Virus record (IMG/VR): IMGVR_UViG_3300032032_000001
Location: 64,001 to 128,000 of that record
Direction: 5' to 3' (one strand)
Origin: a virus
Length of the DNA stretch: 64,000 nucleotides
Shown here: one piece after another, positions 53,908 through 63,977 of the stretch
Layout: every line of letters begins with the position of its first letter
How positions within the stretch are numbered: the stretch's first letter is position 1
Translations under genes and position numbers: made by a program
The notes under the pieces: generated by a model
What the model was told of the DNA's origin: nothing
Seen by the model: the letters and a program-made list of their open reading frames with translations, nothing else
Databases searched by the model: none

Positions 53908-55887
53908 CTAAATGACACAGGTGTCCCCATCACAAAACTTTTCGGTAACCTCATGCCTTGAATTGCTGAAGTCAATGTCGGTTGTTTGTGATGTCATAGT
54001 TTCATATTGATCTTTTGTGATCTCAATATACGGAGCCTGGACGTACCCATGGTCACCATCCATCAAAGGAAGAAGAGACACAGACTTTAGCCTAGTCTCA
54101 TAAATCTCTAGACATGTCTTAATGTCCTGAGACTCATCTTTCTTAAACGTCACAGTGATGCTTACCTGATTGTCGGCCCAATGCTTCTGAAGGTCCCCCG
54201 CGTTCGCGAACTGCTCCCAGATGGTTACATCAGACTTACCCTTTTGGTAGTGCTCTTCTTTAACCGGGAAGCTGATACATGATGTGTCCGACGCGTAAGC
54301 GTCTTTCTCAACAAGGTACCCAGCCTTCGCCGCAGCGTCTACAAGCGGCGACGTGTTCGCCACCCGAATATTTCTTATGTAATACTCGCTGTGTGGGTAG
54401 TGAATTCCCGGACTTGCGCCACACAGAAGACTAACCGTACCACTAGGCTTAACGCTCGTGACCTTGATTGATCTGGGGATACATAACCACTCGCTATACA
54501 TCCTATCCAGATCTCGTATAAATCCATACCCGGAGTCGCACCACTTAAGGAACTCTCTCCGACCATGCTTGTTCATCGCTTGGACGATGCCACTCATAGA
54601 ACACCCGATTCTCCGATTCCGCATCATTACAGCGTTTGTTCTAGGATCGTGTGTGGGAAGCAGCGTAACCGTTTTGGCGTACAGGTACGCAAACTTGAGG
54701 GTTCTCTGGTAGTCTTCAAGATCCTCATGGTGCGCGGGAAAGGTTTCAACAAGACAACAAAGCTCGAAGGACTCAAGCGTCTGTTCCGAGCAAGGGTTGC
54801 TACCCATAGCTCTAACATCGTAGTTGTTCTTGTTTCCGTCCATTCTTCGGTAGTGCTGCATGTTATCCAACCAGATAACCCCAGGCTCCCCGTTCACAGC
54901 AATCGACTCGGCAATCGACTCGTAGTCCATCCCGATATGCCCGAACACGGAGTTGTTTGAGGCCCACCGGCGGTCACGAAGAGCTTCCTCGTCCTGCTTC
55001 AGGGTCACAAACTCTTGGTCAGTCGCTTCCCCAAACATGATCTCAGCAGTTCTACGGATACCACCACTTACGACGCACTTACCTACAAAGTTGAAAATAT
55101 CAACAATGACCGAGCTTGTAATCTTATAAGACTCCCCATTCCTAGGCATCAGGAGTGCGGACAGGTTATCTACCAGATCCACCAACGGCTGCGGGCCAGA
55201 GGCCACACCGCCGAACCCGTTGATCTTAGCCCCACGGGGCCTGACCTTAGAGTAGTCGATATTCTTTGGGTAGTAGCCTTTTCCAACGAAGCTATAAAGA
55301 ATCACTTTAGCAAGCTCAACCCAACCCTCCCTTGAATCATCCACAACGTAGGGCTCGTCGGAAAACCGAGGCACCTGTATTCTAACCTTACCAGCGCCCT
55401 TACAGTCACCACCGACACCCACTCCCAGCATGGACATGTCCATAAGGAATGTGAACGGCGCAGCAAAGTCTACGTCAATTTCTTCCGTGCTAACGAAAGC
55501 ACAGTTATTTAGTGCGGCTGACCCCTTGGTCATCACCATATCTGTTCCCATGACCCACAGGCCCCTTCCGGGCGGGAGCCACTTAAATCCCCACATGCGC
55601 TCAAACATCTCCTGGGCGCTCTTCTGAGCCTTGGGCTCATTCCATGGAAGCCGCAAAGACCTACAGTGTAATTTCTGGACGTTATACACGCCCTCGACTA
55701 CTCTCTTACATGTTTGCCAGAACTCTTCAGTGCCCCCTTCTTCAAGAGGCCTTGCATATGTACGTTTGAATGTGAAATAACCCAGAGGGCCCCATTTGGG
55801 CTGCTCCCCCATGTAGTCCTCAATAAAAGATGAACTGAGGGTGAAAATTCTCACCTTCCTCTCATCAGGCTGCTGATTAAATACCAT
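53908..55887 (-). CDS. nrdJ: Class II (adenosylcobalamin-dependent, monomeric RTPR-type) ribonucleotide reductase
   Basis: FKRTYAR, PPGRGLW, LNNCAF, GGIRRTAEI, SNPCSEQ, ELCCLVE, VKPSGTVS, C-terminal FCDGDTC. Confidence 0.95.
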   Translation of the reverse strand: MVFNQQPDERKVRIFTLSSSFIEDYMGEQPKWGPLGYFTFKRTYARPLEEGGTEEFWQTCKRVVEGVYNVQKLHCRSLRLPWNEPKAQKSAQEMFERMWGFKWLPPGRGLWVMGTDMVMTKGSAALNNCAFVSTEEIDVDFAAPFTFLMDMSMLGVGVGGDCKGAGKVRIQVPRFSDEPYVVDDSREGWVELAKVILYSFVGKGYYPKNIDYSKVRPRGAKINGFGGVASGPQPLVDLVDNLSALLMPRNGESYKITSSVIVDIFNFVGKCVVSGGIRRTAEIMFGEATDQEFVTLKQDEEALRDRRWASNNSVFGHIGMDYESIAESIAVNGEPGVIWLDNMQHYRRMDGNKNNYDVRAMGSNPCSEQTLESFELCCLVETFPAHHEDLEDYQRTLKFAYLYAKTVTLLPTHDPRTNAVMMRNRRIGCSMSGIVQAMNKHGRREFLKWCDSGYGFIRDLDRMYSEWLCIPRSIKVTSVKPSGTVSLLCGASPGIHYPHSEYYIRNIRVANTSPLVDAAAKAGYLVEKDAYASDTSCISFPVKEEHYQKGKSDVTIWEQFANAGDLQKHWADNQVSITVTFKKDESQDIKTCLEIYETRLKSVSLLPLMDGDHGYVQAPYIEITKDQYETMTSQTTDIDFSNSRHEVTEKFCDGDTCVI

Positions 55888-55981
55888 TTAGCTCCTCCTT
55901 ATATTTCTCGGTAGTTTCGGTATATTGTATTAGAAATGTATCTATATTGATGTAGTTATTGTGTGCGCAGTATCCCCCGCC

Positions 55982-55995
55982 TTGTTGGTATAAGC
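55982..55995 (+). promoter_or_regulatory. Extended -10-like promoter TTGTTGGTATAAGC
   Basis: Second copy of the 14-mer, about 35 nt upstream of ATG 56030. Confidence 0.55.
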
Positions 55996-56029
55996 ACTTC
56001 GGAAACCCCAACCAACAGGAGGATAACAC

Positions 56030-56641
56030 ATGTATCCAAAGGAAAGAATTCTACGCGAGTTTCTTCGCAATGATTCAGGAGCGCTTAGTAAAAACTATAT
56101 AGACATTCTTCGCAATTTCTACGGAGAAGACTTAGCAAGGCTAAGTTTTATCCATAGTATTGAGAGACTTGTCAACACTGGTCAACTCTTTAAACAAGAA
56201 GACTGCTTAGCGGAAGGCTACAGGCCTTACGCGGTGCTCAATACTGTGGGGAATAGATCCCTGTGTGAGAGTATGTTCTACACAACCGGCCCGTACATTG
56301 TACACCAACGCTCGCCAATCATTGCTATGATAGCGGGGGCTAACTCGTTGTTCGTAGAATCAGGGAACGCCAAGAAGGAGAATCTCCCAAGCATGGCCAC
56401 ACCCGTTGCCTATAATGCCGGAAGACTAGGGTCGGCACTGGACCTGTTTCTAAGTGCGGCTCCCTCTGAAGAGGAGCGCAGCGCCCTGCAAAACGCTGCG
56501 CAGAACATCCACAAGGCATATATTAGTAAGGTCTACGACCGATTATCCGTGCAGGAGTATACTAATCTCGATCTACTAATATCCTCTGTTGATGAGGATG
56601 CGTTATTTGCGCGTGATAATTGGAGAGCATGGATTAGTTAG
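56030..56641 (+). CDS. Hypothetical protein
   Basis: AGGAGG RBS; followed by a hairpin at about 56664-56700. Confidence 0.7.
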   Translation: MYPKERILREFLRNDSGALSKNYIDILRNFYGEDLARLSFIHSIERLVNTGQLFKQEDCLAEGYRPYAVLNTVGNRSLCESMFYTTGPYIVHQRSPIIAMIAGANSLFVESGNAKKENLPSMATPVAYNAGRLGSALDLFLSAAPSEEERSALQNAAQNIHKAYISKVYDRLSVQEYTNLDLLISSVDEDALFARDNWRAWIS

Positions 56642-56809
56642 CAGACTACGGATTTTAAAGATGAGCCTCTCCCCGCCATGAAATACTGGTGGGGGGAGGC
56701 ATCACTTGGAACGCACCTTTATTAGCTACCACCGGATTATACTGCGCCTACCGGTCGGTCCCTGCGGATAACCGCAGTTTGTGTGTTCTAGACGCTGGCG
56801 GAGGCGCAC

Positions 56810-58300
56810 TTGGAAGAAAATATACCAGAGTCGTGGATATCCCTTGAGAGGGAGTATGGCGACCGGCTGCTCAGGCAGTTACGGAACAGGGAGTGGCGTG
56901 CTGTACACAAGCGGTACGGTGATCGTTTTGGGATGGACTACGAAGAGTTAGTCGCCTGGGGAAAATGGGTTAGGTTCAGTAGAGCGGAAACCGAAGAGAT
57001 GACGCCCCCTCCTACCCCAGAAGACGCGGGTGAGCCTGAACAAGCATCATATGTCAGCGACAGCCGATACTGGTTTGACTCTGATCGGGATGTTTATATC
57101 ACTTTCATACCCGGCGTACCCCAACCCCTAGAAGTCCCAGGCGCTGTCCACAGAGACATGCTCCGAGCCTACTCAAACTTTGACGGCAAGCCCGCTACAA
57201 TCAACGAGATATGTAGAGAGTTTAAAATGCCACGCTCGTGGTTTGAGAAGTACAAGCGTATCCACGGATGGACAAAAGACCACGAACCATTCACCCCAGA
57301 TGAGATGATGGAGCGAGACGAGGGCGACCTCCTAAATGAGGCCCTACAGCTCAGGCGGGCGAACTTCTATCGCAAGTTCGAACAGGAGAAATGGAAAGAG
57401 GTCCAAGTAGAGGCGAAGAAGTGGAGAGAGTTTGAGGACCATGTATTCAGGAAGATCCTGGATGTCATTGGTGACCGCAAGCCCCCCAAGCCCGCAAAGA
57501 TAAAAATAAAACCAGCGAGGGCTCCATACGCTGCCATTGTTGGGCTCTCCGATTTCCATTGGGGCAAGTATTCCGATGATGAGAACTGGGAGTTTTACGA
57601 CCGAAAGATTGCTAGAAAAAGACTGTTCTCCTGCACAGAGGATGTTCTATCCAGACTGATCCAATTTGGGACACCAGAAAAGTTCATCGTCCCTATAGGC
57701 AGTGATTTTCTTAACATCGATAACGACCTAAAGAACACAACAAGGGGGACACCCCAAGACTCCGATGGGAACTTTTATGACATCATCGAGACTGCATGTG
57801 TTTTAATGGAGGAGTGGATTGAGACTCTAAGGCAAATAGCGCCTGTGCAACTCGTACTAATGAGTGGCAACCACGACCGAGCCATGGGGTATGTCTTGCT
57901 TCTGTACCTGAGCGCCTTCTACAAAAACGCCGCTGACGTGACAGTGGTCAAAGACAAACAACCCAGACAATACGTTGCCTACGGAAAGAACCTGATCGGT
58001 CTTGTCCACGGCGATGGTGTATCAAAAACCAAAGATTTAGCCGGTCATATGGCCAGGGAAGCAGCAAAAGATTGGGCGAAATGTCCATACCGTACAATCT
58101 ATACGGGTCATTTGCATTATGAAAAAACGGAGACCGATGTAGCATATGGAGTAACGCGCCGCCAACTTCCTTCCCTGTCAGGCCCCGACAGGTGGCACGC
58201 ACGATCTGGCTATGTTGGGGCCCCTAAGAGCCTCCCCTTGTATTTACACGATAAAGAGCGTGGCCTAGTTGCTGTTATCCATGGCCCACCAACTGAGTAA
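56810..58300 (+). CDS. Calcineurin-like metallophosphoesterase with N-terminal extension
   Basis: SDFHWG, GSDFLN, SGNHD, VHGD, TGHLH motifs. Confidence 0.85.
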   Translation: MEENIPESWISLEREYGDRLLRQLRNREWRAVHKRYGDRFGMDYEELVAWGKWVRFSRAETEEMTPPPTPEDAGEPEQASYVSDSRYWFDSDRDVYITFIPGVPQPLEVPGAVHRDMLRAYSNFDGKPATINEICREFKMPRSWFEKYKRIHGWTKDHEPFTPDEMMERDEGDLLNEALQLRRANFYRKFEQEKWKEVQVEAKKWREFEDHVFRKILDVIGDRKPPKPAKIKIKPARAPYAAIVGLSDFHWGKYSDDENWEFYDRKIARKRLFSCTEDVLSRLIQFGTPEKFIVPIGSDFLNIDNDLKNTTRGTPQDSDGNFYDIIETACVLMEEWIETLRQIAPVQLVLMSGNHDRAMGYVLLLYLSAFYKNAADVTVVKDKQPRQYVAYGKNLIGLVHGDGVSKTKDLAGHMAREAAKDWAKCPYRTIYTGHLHYEKTETDVAYGVTRRQLPSLSGPDRWHARSGYVGAPKSLPLYLHDKERGLVAVIHGPPTE

Positions 58301-58342
58301 AAAAAAGAGAGCGGGGGGACTATACCCCCCCGCTCCTATTTA
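58299..58342. terminator. Terminator between convergent genes
   Basis: A-tract + GAGCGGGGGG-ACTATAC-CCCCCCGCTC stem-loop. Confidence 0.75.
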
Positions 58343-59578
58343 TCGTTTATCACAATTCTCAAACCTGATAGGGCCGTCATAGATTTCCCCAAGGTCTTTG
58401 ATTACCTTGGAACGCACCATGTTGTAGTACTCCCTCAATTGGTCATCAGTAGCCCCGGGTAACTCTCTCAGCATTAGCTGCCGAGAAACCGTACCCTCTG
58501 GGCCATCTAGGTGGGGGAAACTTATTGCTAAGGCCTTTTCCAGGATGGCATCTCTAGGCAGAGGTGCGGGACACATATCACCAGTTCCGAAATTGTATGG
58601 GTTGATCACTTCGATACCACCCCTGTCTGGGATAACTTCTTCTTCCCACGCTTTTTCGCGCTCAAGCTCGTTCCGATAGAACCCAATCTGGCCCTTTATA
58701 TGTCCAACGTCTTTGCCTTCCTTGGCAGCCTCATCGAGCAATTTCTCAAGCTCGTTTAGGGCAACAGCAGAATCGCGGTAGGGATCATCATCCCTGGACC
58801 CGAACCTGAAAAGCTTTGAACAATCGATATCCGAGTACCCCATGAACCACCTAGATAGCTCGCGGTACTTGATGGCACAGATCTTCCAATTCATTGTTGA
58901 GATCATTGGGTCCAAGGCCGTCACTGTCATGGTTGGGTTGGACTTCGGATCATAGATAGAAACCCTGGTGATTGCTCGTGCTGGGATATCTGACATAACA
59001 GCAACGTTGCCCAAGCCCGATAGAGACTCATCCCAAAGGTGGGAAAACCTGTGAGGGTTGTCGCGAAAGAACGAGGTTCTCTCAACCATGCCCCCTTCCC
59101 ACGGAAACCCCTTGAAAAGGTCCGATACCCCCAACTCTTTGGCCTGCTCCTCAGTCATGCCCCTGGACGACTGCTCAAGCCAATCCTCGTCAGGGACCAC
59201 ATCCTTGTTAGCATACCAGGGGGACAACCTTGTCCCCACGCGTGTTGAACCACTGGTCAAGATGGTGTCCAGATCAACTTCAATAATTCCCCATTTCTCC
59301 CCATCACCAGCCGCCTGGGATGCAAAGTACGGGGCATATCCTTGAGTTAAGTACACACGATCAGACCCAGAGGGAACAGTGTGATCCCAGTTACCTTCAG
59401 ACCCAGTAACGTCTCGGCGGAGTATGCCGGACTTCAAGGCCGCACGAGCTACTTTTTCAGAGGTCCCGTGGTACACCTTGGTCCCCTCATGCCTGCCCTC
59501 TGTCTTGCCCTTCATTCTCTCTAGCTGCTCAGCCATTGATTCGCCGTTAACTAATTCTTCAAATTTATTCTTTGGCAT
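58340..59578 (-). CDS. Putative ADP-ribosyltransferase-fold protein
   Basis: VYHGTS...ALKSGI...RVYLT...IIEVD...IPARAI pattern. Confidence 0.5.
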   Translation of the reverse strand: MPKNKFEELVNGESMAEQLERMKGKTEGRHEGTKVYHGTSEKVARAALKSGILRRDVTGSEGNWDHTVPSGSDRVYLTQGYAPYFASQAAGDGEKWGIIEVDLDTILTSGSTRVGTRLSPWYANKDVVPDEDWLEQSSRGMTEEQAKELGVSDLFKGFPWEGGMVERTSFFRDNPHRFSHLWDESLSGLGNVAVMSDIPARAITRVSIYDPKSNPTMTVTALDPMISTMNWKICAIKYRELSRWFMGYSDIDCSKLFRFGSRDDDPYRDSAVALNELEKLLDEAAKEGKDVGHIKGQIGFYRNELEREKAWEEEVIPDRGGIEVINPYNFGTGDMCPAPLPRDAILEKALAISFPHLDGPEGTVSRQLMLRELPGATDDQLREYYNMVRSKVIKDLGEIYDGPIRFENCDKR

Positions 59579-59828
59579 CACAAACTCCCTGTTCAATTAG
59601 TGAATTGGCCGTTCGACCGTAGTGCCCTTGTAGCTGCCAACACAGACCTGAATTAATAAGCTCCTGGAAAAAACTGACGACCTCGTCATCACTCATCTCG
59701 CCGGACTCATATCTCATGATGCTAGTCACAAGAGCGTTATTTTTTGATGCCCCTCCGTCTCCGGAGGAACCCTTAGTATTATTAGGTGTGATGTCATTTT
59801 CTTCTGACCAGCCTTGTTCTTTTGTCAT
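59565..59828 (-). CDS. Conserved small phage protein
   Basis: FQELINSGLCWQLQGHYGRTANSLIEQG; AAGGAG RBS. Confidence 0.65.
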   Translation of the reverse strand: MTKEQGWSEENDITPNNTKGSSGDGGASKNNALVTSIMRYESGEMSDDEVVSFFQELINSGLCWQLQGHYGRTANSLIEQGVCDAKE

Positions 59829-60076
59829 TAACTTCTCCTTTGGAGGGTTGAAGTGGGCGATCTCCTGCGAGATCAGCCAGCAAGTTCGAAGGTACGAGGG
59901 TATGTCGTATCGAACGGTTGATATTTTTAAGATAAACGGGGCCATGTGCGCCGAAGAGGCGCTGTCAGGTCCTGAGTGGAAAAAATTACTAAAAGACGCT
60001 GGCGGCCTAGATGACTTTTGGGACATCACCGCCGAGCATCTTTTAATGATAGCGAGCGCTTCTTCTATGAAGCCCG

Positions 60077-60415
60077 CTAGCGCTTAAGGATGTCTTCAAC
60101 CTCGCCACGAGAATTCACGGCTGTCAGTTTAAAGACCGTCAACTCATCCGGGATAGGCTTATCCATTTGAAGGTTGAAATAGATCCTAGGGTTGTGCTGG
60201 AACATGAGGGACCCACGTTGACCAGTAGACTTCTCCGTCACCGATATGAACGGAGCAAGGAAGCCCTCTATAACGAAGTCCTCCTGCAACTCTATCGTGT
60301 CCCACACTTTTCCGAACTCGCGTTCGAGTTCCTCCCTGCTTCTTTTAGTTTCATTTATTTCTTTAACAAGCTCACGTCGCTTGTCTTCTAACAGTTCATC
60401 GTCAGTCATCTTCAT
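60077..60415 (-). CDS. Conserved hypothetical protein
   Basis: VWDTIELQEDF...GFLAPF...GSLMFQHNPRIYF. Confidence 0.7.
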   Translation of the reverse strand: MKMTDDELLEDKRRELVKEINETKRSREELEREFGKVWDTIELQEDFVIEGFLAPFISVTEKSTGQRGSLMFQHNPRIYFNLQMDKPIPDELTVFKLTAVNSRGEVEDILKR

Positions 60416-60568
60416 CCTCCTCGAAGTTTACGTTGAAATATATAAATACAACGCCGGATGCGATAACCATCGCGGCGAGAACTAAGTCTTCCATATAAAG
60501 TCCCCTGAGGAGAGCGCGTGACCCTCATTCAAAGCCTGCTCTCCCCAGGAAACTCTATGGGATATTTT

Positions 60569-62095
60569 TTAGATAGCAACCGCTTTATCTACGGAGTCAA
60601 TAGCTAGGTACTCAATGAGATCCCTAAGCTCTTCCACCGTGTACGGCTTACCTTTTGTTCCACGGCTGTGGATGTATTTATGGCATTCGTAACAGACTGG
60701 CACCAGATCCTTAACTGGATCCACTACGTGCTCCACGCCGTTGCGGGAATGGATGGGGTTGACGTGATGAACCTGTAGGTATCTTTCGACCAAGCTTCCC
60801 AATTTATGGTGCTCCCCCGGAGCATAGTCACAGACCTGACAAACAAACCCGTAATGGTCTAAGCAGGCTGCTCTCGCCTTTGGGTCTCGTTCGTAACTGG
60901 TCAACTTGACTTCCTTAGCCTTACCCTCTTTGAAGATGTAGTTAGCTAAGAGCCTGTGCTTCTCTTCACATGCCATCGTGAAACCGTACTCATGTGCACC
61001 CTCGTACGCAGGCTCTGCGTCCGGATTACAAAGGGTAGGTTTCACCCAGCGTGTGATCAAAGACCTAATAGGCTTATCGTCGTAAACAGAGCTTTGCCAG
61101 TTCTCGTAAGGGATTACTTCGCCGACTAAGTCGTGACCGGATGGGTACTTCTTAGGACCAGTCCAGAATCGGTGTTCGTGCCCACGACGCCACCGCCGTT
61201 TCTTCTCCCACGTAAATCCCTCTACTTCTGTGATTTCTGACTCTTCACGCTCACCAACATACGTAACACTTCTTGGGCTAACCCTATTAAGCATGGTTTT
61301 GTAGATACGGGCTTTCTTACTGTTGGGCTTTTTACAGCGCCTGAGCTTGCCCTTCCACTTCCTACGCTCATTGATACCAGTAATATCCTCTCGAACACTG
61401 GGGTCCTCGGTTTGCAGATACATAAGCATCGAAGCAAACACTCGGTAAATAGACATGAAGGTTTTACCGTTCTCTATGTTTCTCGCATCAGAAAGCTCCG
61501 CTCCAGGAGAGGAAGCATTTCTGGCAGGCTCGGAACACACAAAGTTAACGTAGTCACCAACACACTCAAAATCCCTGAAGCAAGTCACCAGATTCATCTT
61601 AAGGAAGAACTTTGACCCAAACTCCCCATCCCTTCCCTCTGCGTGAAGAAATAGGATGAGATTGTCTACATCTTTATCGGATTTATTATCCCTTAATACG
61701 TAGAACCCTGAGATTGGGTAGTAGCACTCGTCGTATAAACTCCACAGGCTCCAACCGCATTTTCTCAGGTTAACGTAGAAGCATGGGAACGGGAGCTTCT
61801 CAAGCTCCTCCATCCCAACCTTGCTTATGTCGGTAGCCTCTAGCTTTTCCTGCATAATCTTGGGGAGGCAGAAAACCTGCTGACCCCACTTGTTGTAGTC
61901 GAGCATACAATGGATCTCATTCTTAAAGACCTCATCGTATGGACCACTCATAAATTCGGACGCTAACCAGTCGGCGACGCTGCCATTACCCATACCGGCT
62001 TTGCCGATGTGCGTGGCAACCATCAGACCCTTTGCGGTGTCTGGGTTTATATCTATTAACCAATCATAGTGTGGTGTCGGGTATGTGGGATCCAT
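60569..62095 (-). CDS. Fusion of an uncharacterised N-terminal domain to a McrA-like HNH endonuclease
   Basis: EGK...YERDPKARAACLDHYGFVCQVC...LQVHHVNPI...DPVKDLVPVCYECHKYIH. Confidence 0.8.
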   Translation of the reverse strand: MDPTYPTPHYDWLIDINPDTAKGLMVATHIGKAGMGNGSVADWLASEFMSGPYDEVFKNEIHCMLDYNKWGQQVFCLPKIMQEKLEATDISKVGMEELEKLPFPCFYVNLRKCGWSLWSLYDECYYPISGFYVLRDNKSDKDVDNLILFLHAEGRDGEFGSKFFLKMNLVTCFRDFECVGDYVNFVCSEPARNASSPGAELSDARNIENGKTFMSIYRVFASMLMYLQTEDPSVREDITGINERRKWKGKLRRCKKPNSKKARIYKTMLNRVSPRSVTYVGEREESEITEVEGFTWEKKRRWRRGHEHRFWTGPKKYPSGHDLVGEVIPYENWQSSVYDDKPIRSLITRWVKPTLCNPDAEPAYEGAHEYGFTMACEEKHRLLANYIFKEGKAKEVKLTSYERDPKARAACLDHYGFVCQVCDYAPGEHHKLGSLVERYLQVHHVNPIHSRNGVEHVVDPVKDLVPVCYECHKYIHSRGTKGKPYTVEELRDLIEYLAIDSVDKAVAI

Positions 62096-62430
62096 TACTC
62101 AGAAGCCCACCCAAAAAACAGGTACATACGAGTCCCCTTTTTATTCTTTTGCTTGTGTTCGTATCCTCTAGATGTGTCCGTCAAATCTAGGCACCCTGCG
62201 GGCCCCCATTTGTTATCAATCCTCGGATCACCATTGTCCACCAACTGATTGGCGAACTCGTATGCGTCTTTTCCCGCAGGTACATTTATAACTTCAAACT
62301 CGTTCTTCTCCGCAATTGTGCCCGTGTAGCCGTCCTGACCGTAGTCATAGTTGGCTTGCTCGACAGCGCTCGAAAAAGCGCTCTCCGGGTCCTTCCCAAA
62401 AGCTTCAGTGAAGAAACACTGTGCTCCCAT
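62095..62430 (-). CDS. Conserved phage hypothetical protein
   Basis: YGQDGYTGTIAEK...KWGPAGC...YLFFGWASE. Confidence 0.7.
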   Translation of the reverse strand: MGAQCFFTEAFGKDPESAFSSAVEQANYDYGQDGYTGTIAEKNEFEVINVPAGKDAYEFANQLVDNGDPRIDNKWGPAGCLDLTDTSRGYEHKQKNKKGTRMYLFFGWASE

Positions 62431-62588
62431 AGAAAACCTCCATTATTTTGTTTTTCTGAATCGTAATATATTTCTTACTGCTCTCCCCCAGCGCTTAATT
62501 CCACGCCAGAGGGCCTTGAGTTTATCTCCCCACCACAGAACTGTTTGCGCTAGTTCTTTGGCGGACTGTTTGTCGTGTATCACTGGCA

Positions 62589-62936
62589 TCACGCGGCCTC
62601 CCTTCGTTTCCTGTGTCTTGATCTGGCGTTCTTGTTTGAACATCCTCGGGAGCAATACTTTGATCGCTCCCTAGACATATTCTCACACTCAGACCAGCTA
62701 CAAGAAGTTGTAACTTTGGGGTGGGCAGGTGTCGCCTTGTTTGTTTTCTTTACGATAACCCGTGCTTCTTTAGCCTCCTGACGAGGCCGGTCACCCATTG
62801 AGGGCCGGGTTGAACAATTCGTATACCAGCATTGCTCGGCAGACGCGGGTATCCTTGCGCTGGGACAATGTCTTGCGCATACCCATGTATCAAATGTTAG
62901 CCATCTAGAGTCTTGGTTTCGTCGCATGGGGTCCAA
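62589..62936 (-). CDS. Cys-rich Zn-finger protein
   Basis: CARHC, CWYTNC, CSWSEC...SKYCSRGC. Confidence 0.5.
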   Translation of the reverse strand: MDPMRRNQDSRWLTFDTWVCARHCPSARIPASAEQCWYTNCSTRPSMGDRPRQEAKEARVIVKKTNKATPAHPKVTTSCSWSECENMSRERSKYCSRGCSNKNARSRHRKRREAA

Positions 62937-63373
62937 TCCTTAAGCGGTACAATCTCTCTCTGTATCAAGGAGAAGTCCCTAATACAGTCCATGAATCTCT
63001 TCTCTATACCTATAAAACTACGGACGTTCTGAAGCTGCGCCTCGCACACGTTACCGCTCACGTCTACAGAGACCGTATAGCAGTAGTCATTGTCGGTAAC
63101 AGCTTCGTACACAGCGTTATCCCATCCAACAATGACCATCGCTGGGTACTCATCTCCGGAACCTTGTAGGGCCCGAAACCGAACACCAGCTGCCGCCGCC
63201 GCATGTAGATCATCGTTGTGCCCATAGTTTGCTTCGTAGAACGTGTAATCCAGCACACCCTTTGGAAGGTTACAGGATTGATTAATCTCATCAGGCTCCA
63301 GAAGGTTGCCGTCAGAAATTTTATCTATATCATCAGGGTGGATAGTTACCTGTAACCAGCAGCGATCACCCAT
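62897..63373 (-). CDS. Hypothetical protein
   Basis: MGDRCWLQVTI...FYEANYG. Confidence 0.6.
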   Translation of the reverse strand: MGDRCWLQVTIHPDDIDKISDGNLLEPDEINQSCNLPKGVLDYTFYEANYGHNDDLHAAAAAGVRFRALQGSGDEYPAMVIVGWDNAVYEAVTDNDYCYTVSVDVSGNVCEAQLQNVRSFIGIEKRFMDCIRDFSLIQREIVPLKDWTPCDETKTLDG

Positions 63374-63977
63374 CAGAGTAAACCCCGGGATCTTCAACCC
63401 CGGCAGCAATCATCATCATAGGCGAAGCGTACGGACAGGCCGGACAACCAAGATAGGTTCCCCGCCCCTTTCCACCTTTCAGTGACTCCTGATCTAACTC
63501 AAGAGAAACCTCCATAATCTGCTTACAGCCACAGTTCGGGCAGCCGTTAACCAAAACCGGTTTCACAGTGCATGGCTTTGCTACCGGTATGCTTGTTGGG
63601 CGTCCATTTGGAAGCCCGTAATCCCTATTAAAATCTTTCATTATCTTTTCCTCCTTCTCTTCGAATAGTTCGGAAAAGAGCTTTCGCCCCTCCTCTGTTA
63701 ATTTGACGTATCTTTTTCTCGTAGCAGGCCAACCGATAGCGTGGCCGGTCTCTACTAGGTTACGAACTGCCCTACACATGGTCGCAGCACTCATGCCGAG
63801 AGATTTGAGCAGGTCCTTCTGCCTAGCGCCCGCATAGTCTGGCAAACGGTATAATGCCTTCCCTACCCGGATGGCGTTACCAGTTAGTTCTACCGGTACA
63901 ATCAGCTTATGGCCGCCAATTTCTTGGCCCCCGTGGTAGTTCTTGAGGATCACTACCAGATCCCTTTGTATAGGCAC
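63366..63977 (-). CDS. MarR-like winged-HTH protein with C-terminal Zn ribbon
   Basis: RQKDLLKSLGMSAATMCRAVRNLVETG...YVKLTEEGRK; CPNC...CPAC. Confidence 0.6.
   Translation of the reverse strand: MPIQRDLVVILKNYHGGQEIGGHKLIVPVELTGNAIRVGKALYRLPDYAGARQKDLLKSLGMSAATMCRAVRNLVETGHAIGWPATRKRYVKLTEEGRKLFSELFEEKEEKIMKDFNRDYGLPNGRPTSIPVAKPCTVKPVLVNGCPNCGCKQIMEVSLELDQESLKGGKGRGTYLGCPACPYASPMMMIAAGVEDPGVYSDG

Noticed and set aside
12271-55887. Inteins or introns in terL, MCP or nrdJ
   Set aside because: Lengths are typical, and no intein splice motifs or homing-endonuclease insertions were seen.
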